A stretch of 64,000 nucleotides of DNA from Eledone cirrhosa (Eukaryota), in the NCBI GenBank assembly GCA_964016885.1, contig CAXHJY010001747.1:62001-126000 (forward strand), read 5' to 3'. The notes under the pieces were generated by a model that was not told the DNA's origin, did no database searches, and saw only the letters and a program-made list of their open reading frames with translations. Made by a program: the position numbers and the translations under genes. Within the stretch, counting starts at the first letter, position 1, and every line of letters begins with the position of its first letter. Positions 39,241 through 50,478 of the stretch are shown here, piece by piece.

Positions 39241-40984
39241 TGGTGGTGATAGTGTTGGTTGTGATAGAGTTGGTGTTGGTGTTGGAAGTGTTGGTGGTGA
39301 TAGTGTTGGTGGTGTTGTTGTTGGTGTTGGTGGTGATAATGTTGGTGTTGGTGGTTTTGGTGTTGGTGTTGGTGGTGTTGGTGGTGATAATGTTGGTGTT
39401 GGTGTTGGTGGTGATAATGTTGGTTTGGTGGTGTTGGTGTTGGTGTTGGTCGTGTTGGTCGTGATAGTGTTGGTGTTGGTGGTGTTGGTGTTGGTAGTGT
39501 TAGTGGTGATAATGTTGATTTGGTGGTGTTGGTGTTGGTGGTGTTGGTGGCGATAGTGTTGGTGTTGGTGGTGTTGGTGTTGGTGGTGTTGGTGGTGATA
39601 ATGTTGATTTGGTGGTGTTGCTGTTGGTGTTGGTGGTGTTGGTGTTGGTGTTTGTGGTGTTGGTGGTGTTGGTGGTGATAGTGTTGGTTTGGTGGTGTTT
39701 GTGTTGGTTGTGTTAGTGGTGATAATGTTGATTTGGTGGTGTTGGTGTTGGTGTTGGTAGTGTTGGTGTTGGTGGTGTTGGTGATGATAGTATTGGTTTG
39801 GTGGTGTTGGTGGTGATAGTGTTGGTGGTGTTGGTGTTGGTTGAGTTGGTGGTGATAGTGTTGGTGTTGGTGGTGTTGGTGTTGGCGGTGTTGGTGGTGA
39901 TAGTGTTGGTGTTGGTGGTGTTGGTGTTGGCGGTGTTGGTGGTGATAATGTTGATTTGGTGGTGTTGCTGTTGGTGTTGGTGGTGTTGGTGTTGGTGTTG
40001 GTGGTGTTGGTGATGATAGTATTGGTTTGGTGGTGTTGGTGGTGATAGTGTTGGTGGTGTTGGTGTTGGTTGAGTTGGTGGTGATAGTGTTGGTGTTGGT
40101 GGTGTTGGTGTTGGCGGTGTTGGTGGTGATAGTGTTGGTTTGGTGGTGTTGGTTGTGGTGGTGTTGGTGGTGATAGTGTTGGTGTTGGTGGTGTTGGTGG
40201 TGATAGTGTTGGTGGTTTTGGTGGTGATAGTGTTAGTGTTGGTGGTGTTGGTGGTGTTGGTGGTGATAATGTTGGTATTGGTGGTGTTGGTGTTGGTGGT
40301 GATAGTGTTGGTGGTGATAGAGTTGGTGTTTGTGGTGTTGGTGTTGGTGGTGATAGTGTTGGTGGTGATAGAGTTGGTGTTGGTGGTGTTGGTGTTTGTG
40401 TCGGTGGTTTTGGTGGTGATAGTGTTGGTGTTGGTGGTGTTGGTGTTGGAGGTGTTGGTGTTGGTGTTGGTGTTGGAGGTGTTGGTGTTGGTGGTGTTGG
40501 TGATGATAGTTTTCGTTTGGTGGTGTTGGTGGTGCTGATAGTGTTGGTGGTGTTGGTGTTGGTTGTGTTGGTGGTGATAGTGTTGGTGTTGGTGGTGTTG
40601 GTGTCGGCGGTGTTGGTGGTGTTGGTGTTGGCGGTGTTGGTGGTGATAGTGTTGGTTTGGTGGTGTTGGTTTTGGTGATGTTGGTGGTGATAGTGTTGGT
40701 GGTGTTGGTGGTTATAGCGTTGGTGGTGTTGGTGGTGATAGTGTTGGTGTTGGTGGTGTTGGTGGTGTTGGTGGTGTTGGTGGTGTTGGTGTTGGTGGTG
40801 ATAGTGTTGGTTTGGTGGTGTTGATGGTGATATTGTTGGTGTCGGTGGTGTTGTTGTAAGTGGCGTCGGTGTTGGTAGTGATGGTGGTTTTGGTGCTGTT
40901 GGTAGTGTTGGTGTTGGTGGTGTTGGTGATGGTGGTGTTGGTGGTGTTGGTGGTGTTGGTTGTATTGTGGTGATAGTGTTGGTG
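39241..40984. repeat. Degenerate GGT/GTT-based repeat with a recurring GGTGATAGTGTT motif; decaying edge of the satellite
   Basis: The 18-bp period is lost at ~39240. GGTGGTGATAGTGTTGGT and GATAATGTTG motifs recur with frequent frame-shifting indels. Confidence 0.9.
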
Positions 40985-41277
40985 CTAGTATTGTTTTGTT
41001 GTTCGCAGTGGTGGTATTGGTGGTGTTGGTGGTGGTTGTGTTGGTGTTGGTGGTGTCCCTGTTGATGGTGGCGTTGGTGTTGGTGGCGGTTGCAGTGGCG
41101 GCATTATTGTTAGTGTTGTTGCTGCTGCTGCTGCTGTTGTTGTTGTTGTTGTTCTTGTTGTTGTTGTTCGCAATGTTGGTGGTGGTAGTGGTGGTGTTGG
41201 TGTTGGATGGGGTTTTGCATCTTCATAAGGTTTGTGGCAAGAGTAAAACATGGAGGTTGAAGACGTGGTGTTTGTAA
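40985..41277 (-). other. Candidate terminal coding exon (phase 1), Pro/Thr-rich: VTNTTSSTSMFYSCHKPYEDAKPHPTPTPPLPPP...KQY*
   Basis: On the minus strand, the pyrimidine-rich tract cccacttcacttccattcCAG ends at 41278. A non-repetitive stretch follows, and the frame is open to TAG at 40985. No homology recognised. Confidence 0.3.
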
Positions 41278-41509
41278 CTGGAATGGAAGTGAAGTGGGAG
41301 TGAAAGTACAAGTGAAGTGGGAATGGGTAGTGAGATGAAGGAGTGTGGAGTGGAGTGGTGTGGTGTGGAGTTGAAGGTGTTGAAATAGCACGTCTGTCTG
41401 TAAACACGACATTTAGCAAAGAGAATAAATGGGCACTTAGACTGATTGAATTCCGTAGAATGGTATTGGTATGGCATATGTTTATAAATGATGGTTTTTA
41501 AAGATGGCA

Positions 41510-42660
41510 TATTGGTGATAGTGGTAGTGGTGGTGGTGGTCATTGTCGTGGTGGTGGTTGTGGTAGGGGTCTTGTGTTTTGTCGTAGTGGATGACGATGG
41601 TGGTGGTGGTAGTGGATGGTGGTGGATGGTGGTGGTAGTGGATGGTGGTGGTGGTGGTGGTGGTGGTAGTGGATGGTGGTGGATGGTGGTGGTAGTGGAT
41701 GGTGGATGGTGGTGGATGGTGGTGGTGGTGGTGGTTGTAGCTGGTGGTGGTAGTGGAGGTGGTGCTGGATGGTGGTAGTGGATAGTGGTGGTGATAGTGG
41801 TAGCGGTGGATGGTGGTGGTAGTGGAGGTGGTTGTAGTGGTGGATGGTGGTGGTAGTGGAGGTGGTTGTAGTGGTGGTAGTGGATAGTGGTAGTGGATAA
41901 TAGTAGTGGAAATGGTGGTGGTGGTGGTGATTCCGGTGGTAGTGAAAGGGGTTCATGTAGTAGTAGATGAAAATGGTGGTGGTGGTAGTGGATGGAGGTG
42001 GTGGTGGTGGTAGTGGATGGTGGTGGTGGTGGTAGTAGAGGATAATGGTAGCAGCGATGGGGGAGGTAGTTGTAGGTGTCAATACGGAATGATGGGTAGG
42101 TATGGGTGGTGTCGGTGGTTATAACTATTGAATACGTGGTTCAGTTGAGGTATATGTATGGTGACAAAGGTGATTGCTGTGGTTATTGTTGTTGTGGTGA
42201 TGGTAGTGGTAGGGGGTCATTATTGACTGTAGATGGCGATAGTAGTGTCTGTTGTGGCTGTTGGCTATGAGTGGGTGGTTTGGATGAAGTGTGTATGGTG
42301 ATAATGGTTATGCTGTGGTTGGTGGTAGTACTGGTGATAATGGTAGTGTTAATAGTAGTGGTCATTATTGACTGTAGATGGCTGGGTTGTGTTGAGGGTG
42401 GTGATAATGATGGTGGTAGCGATTGCTGCAGTGGTTGTTGTTATTGGTAGTAGTAGTAGTAGTAGTAGTAATGTTAGCTCTTGGCTGTTGGGTGTGGTGA
42501 TAATGGTTGTAGTGGTAGTGTTTGCTGTGGTTGTTCTTGGTGTAAGTTGTGGTGATGGCGATGATGATGGTAGCGGTCATAAGTGTGGATAGTGGCTATT
42601 GGCTATATTGGTAAGTGGTGATGGTTGACTGGATATTTTAGAGGAGGGGTTTAATGGTGG
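41510..42660. repeat. Low-complexity (GGT)n / GGTAGTGGATGGT / GAT-rich sequence
   Basis: Imperfect trinucleotide-derived repeats are visible directly. Confidence 0.85.
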
Positions 42661-42692
42661 TGATGGTGTTGATGATGGAAAGAGAAGCTAAC

Positions 42693-43141
42693 GCAAAGAA
42701 GAGAGAAAAAGAAGAAGAAGAAGAAGAAGAAGAAGAAGAAGAAGAAGAAGAAGAAGAAGAAGAAAAGGAAGAAAGAGAAGAAGAAGAAAAAGAAGAGGAG
42801 GGAGAGGAAGAAAAAGAAGAAGAAAAGGAAGAGGAAGAAAAGGAAGAAAGAGAATAAGAAGAAGAAGAGAGAAAAAGAAGAAAAAGAAGACGAAGAAGAA
42901 AAAGTGGAGGAGATAGAGGAGGAAAGAAAAAAAGAAGAGAGAAAAGAAGAAAAACAGCGGCAACAACATCAACAAAACAGACAATAAAAGAAGAAAAAGA
43001 ATAGGAACATCAACAATTGTAAGAACATGAATATAGTAATAATAAGGTAAGGGAGGAGGATGATGGTGGTAGTGAGAGGTGTGTGTATAATACTGGATAT
43101 ATAATGATGAAGGGAGAGAGAGAGAAAGAGAGAGGGATGAA

Positions 43142-43174
<33 letters not shown>

Positions 43175-43237
43175 AAAGATAGATAGATAAATAGAGAGAG
43201 AGAATGAGAGAGGAAAGATAGATAGATAGATAGATAG
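42693..43237. repeat. Purine-rich tract with perfect (GAA)n (~42711-42762), (GA)n and (GATA)n
   Basis: Direct inspection. Confidence 0.9.
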
Positions 43238-43472
43238 ATTTCTTTATTAGCCACAAGGGCGCAACAAGAAAGGGGACAATACAAAGACATGCCGGAGATT
43301 TTACATACAGTCGTGTAAAAAATATAAAAACAAACAATTTCAACAATCGAAATCCCCAATAGGGGGGAGGCGCCACAAATGGGTTGTTTAATACCCCGTC
43401 GATAGAACAACCCTCAACTCAAGGAGCGTGTTGTGCAAGTGCTCCTTTCTTCCATTTGCTCTCTTCCTCAAC

Positions 43473-46400
43473 CTACAGGCTTATAAACAGAGAAGGCCCA
43501 ATCACTCGGGCCATTTTCGCTTCATTCACCCACCTTTCAGTAAATTTACTGGGGTGCAGTGCCTCTCTCTCCACCCTGATTCTCCTTCTAAAGTGATACT
43601 TAAAGAAGGGAATCAATTGTTGTCCGGAGAGAAAGGCATCTGTCCTCAGTCCTCTCAACCTCGTCCACCATATAACTTCTTTCACCATAGCCACCGTACA
43701 GAGAAAAACCGCCTCTCTTTCGTTTTTGAAAGAGTCTGGCGGTTTGATCCTTACTATGGACTCGGCAGTCAACTGTATTTGTCCCATACGCGACAGCAGT
43801 TGTTCTGCATAGTTCCACAGGTCGCTTACGCCCGGGCAGTGTACAATTGCGTGCAGAACTGTTTCAATGTCCTGCGCACATCTTGGACACGTCCTCTTGG
43901 AAGGATCCCTGCCAGGGCGTCTGTGCCTGTAGATCTTGTCACGAACCGGTAGAGCTCCTCGGTAGCACTGCCAGGCCAGGGACCTCTGGAAGTTGTCCAT
44001 AGGTCCCGGGCGGAAAGTCCTACCAAACAGACTGGTGAGCTCATCGTCTTCGACGCCCAGAGTCTCTCCCAGCACGTCGTCGCCCTTGTAACGTACAATC
44101 CCTCTATAGAATGTCGAAGTGGAGTCTCCACTGATTGCTGCGCCCACTTGCGAGAGGACTGTGAGCGCCTGAGCGCATTCAATGTGCCAGGCGCCCATCG
44201 TTTTCGGTCTTTTCTTGACCCAGGACTGCAGCTCCGTTAGCGAGACGAGCTGTGGGAAAGCCTGTCTCACAAACGGTGCCCACACCGGTTGGGGGTCGGT
44301 GAGGAATACCTGGAGATGCCGCAGCCTCAGCGCATGTTTGCGCATCATCAGCCACGGCATTCCCAGCCCTCCGTTGGAAGGGTGCTGACAGCAGACGGAT
44401 CTCCTCACCAGCGGAGCCTGCTTCTTCCACAGAAACTGGAAGAGCATGCGTTCCATCTTGGCGAGGTGTTCACGGGGACAAGGCACGACAGTCAAGCGGT
44501 AGTAGATGACGGACGCTATGAAAGTGTTCGCCACCTCCGCTCGACCTTTCAAGGACAGTTTTCACTCTGCCCACTTCTGAGTGAGTGCAAACACCTTGGC
44601 CGTGACCTCGTTCCAGTTTTTCTCCACCTGGAGGTCTGGACCGAACCAGACCCCGAGCAATTTCACCGGTCCGTCCGTCCAGCGTCCAACGACGCTGTCG
44701 GATGTCATCGGTTTGCCTCTTCACGTACCGAGTTGCAAACCGACAGACTTGTCTGGGTTTAGTTTTGCTCCCGTCAGCGTTTCGTATTCTTTCAGTATGT
44801 TGCCGATCACCCCGATTTCCGAGGTGCTCGACACCATTACTGTCACGTCGTCGGCATAAGCCGACGCCGCTTTGCGCAGTCCCGGTTCTAGGGGGATGCC
44901 CTGCAACAGCTCCAATTTCCGCAGTAGTGGCTCTAGAGTCAATACATACAGAATGGAGGAGAGAGGGCATCCCTGTCGAATGGAACGCGTGATTGCGAAC
45001 GGCTCCGATAGGTAGCCGTTCACCTTGACCCTCGAGCAGATGCTGGTGTGCATCGCCTCGATCCATCCTCTGAACACGGGACCGAAACCGGCCGCCTTGA
45101 GAACCACTTCCAAGTATCGATGGTCGACCCTATCGAATGCCTTAGACTGATCCAAGTTGATCAGAGCCCCACCGAAGCCGGGTTTACTACCCACCCTCTC
45201 TATGATGTATCGCATGAGGTGGAGGTTGTCGTGTATGGACCTGGTCGGGATTGCACACGTTTGCGCTTTCCCTACCAGGTTCTCGACGACAAGCGCCAAC
45301 CTCGTCGCTAGCACCTTGGCCAAAATCTTTAACTCTGTGTTGAGCAGAGTTATGGGCCTGAAGTTGTTAATTTCCTCCCCCTTGTTCTCGTCTTTCCTGA
45401 TCAGCGTTACTACGCCCTTGCCTGCAGAACTGGGAATTCTCCCGTTCTGCTGCCAATTGCAGTAGACGGCTTCGAGGACGCCAGAGAACAAGTCCGGCAT
45501 GCCTATGTAAAATTCGTAGGGTAGACCATCTAGACCGGGTGACTTGCGTTTCCCGCAGCGGCCCAGAGCGTCCCGTATCTCAGTGTCCGTGATCGGTCTT
45601 TCGCAGAACTCGGCGTCCGTGTTCGAGAGACGCGGCAGGCCGTCGAGGTATGAACTAAAGTCCATTGCCCCGTTCGGCTCACCGTCGTTCTGCTCAAACA
45701 GTCGCGCAAAGTGCCGCTGAAAGGCCGCGCACATTTGCTTGGGGTCAAGTAGCACGCGTCCGTTTTGGTCTTTCAAAGACCGAATCGTGGACTTGTTGCC
45801 ACTTTTTGCCTCCGCCACTCGGGCCCAGCTGACAGCTTTCGCTCCTTCGTTTCCTAGAGCACGTGTTTTGCTTCTGACCACGCAGCCTTCGAGTTTCGCA
45901 TCGAAGAACTGGTCCAGTGCCGTTCTCGACGCTAACACTCTAGCCGCGTTGCCACTTCTAAGTGCCTCCTCTACCTTGGCTACTAGTTCTCTTTCTATTC
46001 TGTTTTTCTCTAAGGCTAACTCTCTGCTATACCCTATCGATTCTATTCTAATTGCTTTCTTGAGAGAGTACCACCATCTATTGTTGACGATGGCTCCCGT
46101 TAACTGTTGCTTGACTAGTCTACTTATCCGTTCACTGTAAGCTTTACGTGCCGGCAACGACACGTTCAGCTTCCAGTATCCGGGACCCTGTCTATGTATT
46201 CTATCACGGTTGACTAAGCAGACGACTAACTTGTGATCTGAATAGGCAACCATGTGCATTCGTGGACAGCTTAACATATCCTTGTCCCTTTCTCTAATGA
46301 AGAACCTATCTAAATACGATCTAGATGTCCCACTGCGGTTTACCCACGTCCACTGTGGTGCAGTCGGGAAATCCAGTCGATACCTATCGGCCAGTTGGAA

Positions 46401-46919
46401 TTGGCCGATTAAAGTTTTGAGGCTGTTGCACCCCGCTCTACTGGGACATGCTCCCACATAGTCCCATCGTGCATCTAGGATACCATTCCAGTCTCCCACT
46501 AAAAGTAAGGAGCGAGACGTTCCCAGAAAAGACTCTAGACGCTTAAAGAAGTCTGGCCGTGATTGCGATTGCCCGGTCGGGGCATAAACGGCCACCAGTC
46601 TGAAGGCTCCACCTCCGATACTGTTCACGTCTAGGACTACCAGTCTACCCTCCGGGTCCAAGTGTACTTGCTGTACTCCGACGTCCAGGTTCTTCCGAAA
46701 CATAACAGCCACTCCACCTCCACCTCCTGGCTGACAGAGAGATGCGTAGATCTCAAAGTCGTCGAAGATGGGGGTTAGTTGCTGCCTGTTGTGGATTCTG
46801 GACTCGGTGATGGCTATCACATCCATACTGTGTGACCTAAGGTCGTTTAAAAGTTGGCCCTGTTTCCAGGACATCCCTAGGCCACGCACATTCACAGTTC
46901 CAACTCGTAAACCAGCCAT
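43473..46919 (-). pseudogene. Tx1-like ORF2 (AP endonuclease + reverse transcriptase + C-terminal zinc knuckle), interrupted by two in-frame TGA codons
   Basis: APE motifs NVRGL, AITES, VYAPT, GDWN, YLDRF, SDH; linker GPGYWKLN; RT motifs SPGLDGL, FRPITLLNTELKILAK, LDQSKAFDRVDH, IRQGCPLS, YADD; C-terminal CPRC-x8-H-x4-C. Track ORFs 44721-46919 and 43473-44552 are in the same frame, separated by TGA at 44721-44723 and 44562-44564. Confidence 0.95.
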
Positions 46920-46960
46920 GTTGGTGAAGAAAAGTTAGAGAAAAAGGACGAAAGGTGCAC

Positions 46961-48750
46961 TTACCTTTTCGTTTCCTGGAGATCGGGTTGTTCAATCTCC
47001 ATTTGGGTGCTGGATGGGGTGTTGGGTGGGGTGGGGAAACCTTTCAACAGGACGCGGTTGATGGGTTTGTGGCAGGGGTTGCCCACGTCCTGTGAAAATT
47101 TAATTTTCAGGTCTTTATAGGTTTCCATAGAAACCCTTATAAGTTTAAGGTGTGGAGACGATTCTGCCTTGACGAAAGTTTTGCCCTCCGTCTCCACCTT
47201 GGGGTTTTGGGAGATGACCTCCATCAAACTCTTGTTGTTTGTGTTGATGTATGCGTATTGTTGTTTGTGTTTTTGTTGTATTGTTTTAGTTTGTTGTTCA
47301 TCCGGGAGTTTTCTTTTTATGGTGGGTGCTTGTGTTTGGGGTGGTGTTGGTGCTGGTTTTGCTGATAGGGGGATGTTTGACTGTGGTGTTGTTTGTGTTG
47401 TTGTTTGTGTCTGTGGTTGTGTGTTGGTGTTGGTGATTGGAGTTTTGGGGGTTTTGTGGTGTCTCTTTTTTTGTTTTTTGGATTTCCGCGGTTCTCACTC
47501 TTCTTCACTTAAAGAAGGAGAAGCAGCTTCATCCGTCGATGAATAATCATCGTCAGGTGTGTGGGGTAAGGGTATGTTGTGTGGTGGTGGTGGTGTTTCG
47601 GTATGTGTGTTTGTGGTAGTGTTTGATGGAGTGGGATGGAGTGGGGATGTGTTCTTCAGGGGTGTTGTCTCTGTCTTTTCTGTTGTTGTTGGTTGAGTGT
47701 CTGTTTGTTTTGGTGTGGTTGCTCGTTTCGTCTGTCGTTGTACTTGTGGTGGTGGTGGTGGTTGTTTTGGTGTTGGTGTTGGTAATAGCGTTTTTTTAAT
47801 GATGTTGTTGTTGTGTGTTTGTGGACAAGAGGCTTTTAGGTGAGATGTGCTACCACAGCAAAAGCAGTGAAATTTTCGTCCTTCTACCGAAATGCTTATT
47901 TTGTTGTTATTATCAATAACGACTCTTTCGGGTATTTTGGAGATTCTCTCCGGTTTCATTTGCAACAGAATCTCCAAATCGGTGCCCGCCCACCTTTGTC
48001 GAATGGATTTTGGTATCGAAAGTATTATGTCTGTTTCTGGCTCTACGAAGCCAGCCAAGATCCACCAGATGTTAATGCTTGGAGGTATGTTTTTTATTTT
48101 TATTTTTGTGTCCTTTTCCCCATGTATGTAGGGAAAAAGGTGTATACTTTTGACACTATTGGTGTCACAGAGTTTTTTTGGGCCAGTGCCTCGCTTTTAA
48201 ACAGTACGGAAACACTTCCGTACTGTTTTCCTAGCTGGAGAAAATCGACATTTCCTAGAATCTCCTTGAAAGAATCTTCTATATCTGACTGATTAACAAA
48301 TGTCGGTTTTCTTGACGAATTTGACACAGTCCTAAAAGTGACTGATCGGCGGTTTGTGTCTTCCTTTATTTCAAGGGGTGAGTTAATTCTAAACCCACCT
48401 CTTTCTTCGAAAGTTACAAATTTTCTCTCTTGCTGGAGCATATCTCTTGCGTTGGAGATATCAAGATTTATAAAATCTTGTTTCTTGTTGACAGTGTCAG
48501 CGAAAGACATTTTCTTTTTTTGTGTGATGTTGTTGTTGATAATGATGTTATCGTTGTTGGAAATTTTATGTGTAGATGTATCTGTAGAGTTGTTGATGTC
48601 TTTTTCATGTGTATGTATGTCAATGGGTTTTTTTGCCGTGTTTTCCCGTGTGTTATTGTCAATTTTCTCCGCTTCGGCGGTAGAAATTGTAACATTTTCA
48701 AATGTTGATATATTTTTTTCTTTTGTGACAGTATCCATGGCAACGTCCAT
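46961..48750 (-). pseudogene. Tx1-like ORF1 (RRM-like region, CCHC zinc knuckle, Pro/Thr/Gln-rich tail) with one frameshift and one TGA
   Basis: Zinc knuckle CFCCGSTSHLKASC. Adding one A in the A-run near 48103-48107 joins ...MGKRTQK to IKIKNIPPSINIWWILAGF.... The TGA at 47495-47497 (SEEE*EPRKSKKQKKR) is followed in frame by sequence open to the stop at 46961. Confidence 0.85.
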
Positions 48751-49061
48751 AGCAGCAGAAGCAGATATAACGTTAATATCTGCCTCTTTCTCTCTCTTTT
48801 CTCTATTAACGTTCTCCAGCGTTCTAGTGTTGCTAAAGTTTTTTACTTTGTAAAATCTGATATTTTAAAACAAATTTTTTTAAAATAAAATTCTCGCCCC
48901 TACAGGGGCGAAAAATGGGATTACCACCCAGCTGACAATTCGGCTTGGTGGTTAATCTACAAAGTGTTGTATTTTTTCAAACAATTAGATCGGTTTTTTG
49001 CATAGAAATCAACAAAAAACTTACCGGCGATATTCCACACGTCAGACAGAAAGAGAGATAG

Positions 49062-49098
<37 letters not shown>

Positions 49099-49208
49099 AG
49101 AAAGATATTCTGAATAATATTAATAACTCCAGAAAACTTCTTTGTAGAGTACTTTTAATGTATTGTAAAACTATATTCATTGAGTAATCAATGAACCATA
49201 TTAATCTT

Positions 49209-49330
<122 letters not shown>

Positions 49331-49482
49331 AATGAGTTGACGGACCCAGCATATTTATCAATGCCAGGACCGGTTGTATCTCAGCGTACTCAATAGGTAA
49401 TGTAGGATACATTCCCAGAGTATACACATAGTTATTCGCTTCAATACAACACACGTAAAACGAGTGCCTATATATATATATA

Positions 49483-50388
49483 CCAGCAGCAATACCCAGC
49501 GTTACCTGGGTAAGTAAAATAATATCTGCTTTGATGAAAAGGTGTTGATCTTAGCGACTGCGAGTTTCTTGAAAATCGGTCGTAAGGTGTAGCAAATGGC
49601 GAAATGTTGAGTGAAATCGTATGGAATATGTGGGAGGTGGAAAAAAATCGTATTTTGAAGAGTTAAGCGGCTGCCACGCCGTCCCTGAACAAAAAATGCA
49701 AAGTGTAAAGCTACTATAAGATGTGCAATGATAGGTTCTATCGTAGTATAAAAGTTGAACCAAATAAATTGATTTATGTGTGAGGTGGAGCCGAAGTTTC
49801 GAATTTGAACGAAATCGGTTGAAAAATGTGGGAGCTAGAGCCGAAAAGGCGGAAATTTGAGCGAAAAGATGGTATTTTCGAATATTTAAGCGGCTGCCAC
49901 GCCATTCCTGAACAAGAAATCCAAAATGTAAAGCCACTTTAAGACGTGAACTAATCAGATCTAGCGTAGTGTAAAATTTGAACAAAGTATGTTGATTAAT
50001 GTGGAAGCTAGAGCCGAAAAAGTGGAAATTTGAGTCTAAAAGTGGTATTTTTGAATATTTAAGCGGCTGCCACGCCGTTCCTGAACAACAAATGCAAAAT
50101 ATAAAGCCATTACAGGATGTGCAATGATAAATTCTATTTTACTTTAAAATTTGAAAGAAATCGGTGGCAAAATATGGGAGCTAGAGCCAAAAATCTTATT
50201 TTTCGATACCTAAAAAAAGGTGATACCCCCTATCGATTTTTATCTGCAGAATGACCCCTGATATATAGAAAACACTCCCCGATGACTAATCTATGAGCCT
50301 GTAAAGTTTCATGAAAATCGGTCGTAAGATGTAAGCCCCTATAGGTAATACACAGACACACACATACTTAATTTTATATATATACAGA
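49483..50388 (-). mobile_element. Non-autonomous Helitron-like element with internal ~170-220 bp subrepeats
   Basis: The minus strand starts A|TCTGTATATATATAAAATT...GTGTGTCTGTG. It ends with the hairpin TACCCAG-gtaacg-CTGGGTA (49493-49512), then CTGG|T (a CTRR end, with an A/T target). The motif TTAAGCGGCTGCCACGCC occurs at 49663, 49886 and 50059. Confidence 0.7.
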
Positions 50389-50425
50389 TATATACATATA
50401 TATATATAGAGAGAGAGGAAAGATA

Positions 50426-50478
<53 letters not shown>

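Larger units (their letters stand above)
43238..49050 (-). mobile_element. Near full-length non-LTR retrotransposon, L1/Tx1 clade (5'UTR-ORF1-ORF2-3'UTR), inserted in (GATA)n
   Basis: Two tandem ORFs: ORF1 with a gag-like CCHC and ORF2 with APE, RT and CCHC. AATAAA sits at the 3' end (~43243-43248 on -), and (GATA)n lies on both flanks. Confidence 0.95.

Noticed and set aside
3-39556. Giant + strand ORFs (VGVGGI, LVLVVL, WYCWCW repeats, up to 4823 aa)
   Set aside because: All three frames are open simply because the G/T-rich 18-mer lacks stop codons. There are no unique domains, and the starts are mostly alternative codons.
46904-46964. Intron fusing ORF1 to ORF2
   Set aside because: The donor is good, but the first downstream AG is a poor GAG acceptor and gives an out-of-frame join.
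48095-48110. Programmed frameshift in ORF1
   Set aside because: A one-base loss in an A-run is more simply a mutation or homopolymer sequencing error, and no downstream stimulatory structure is evident.
43384-48853. Plus-strand and alternate-frame ORFs overlapping the LINE
   Set aside because: These are antisense shadows of ORF1/ORF2 with no independent motifs.
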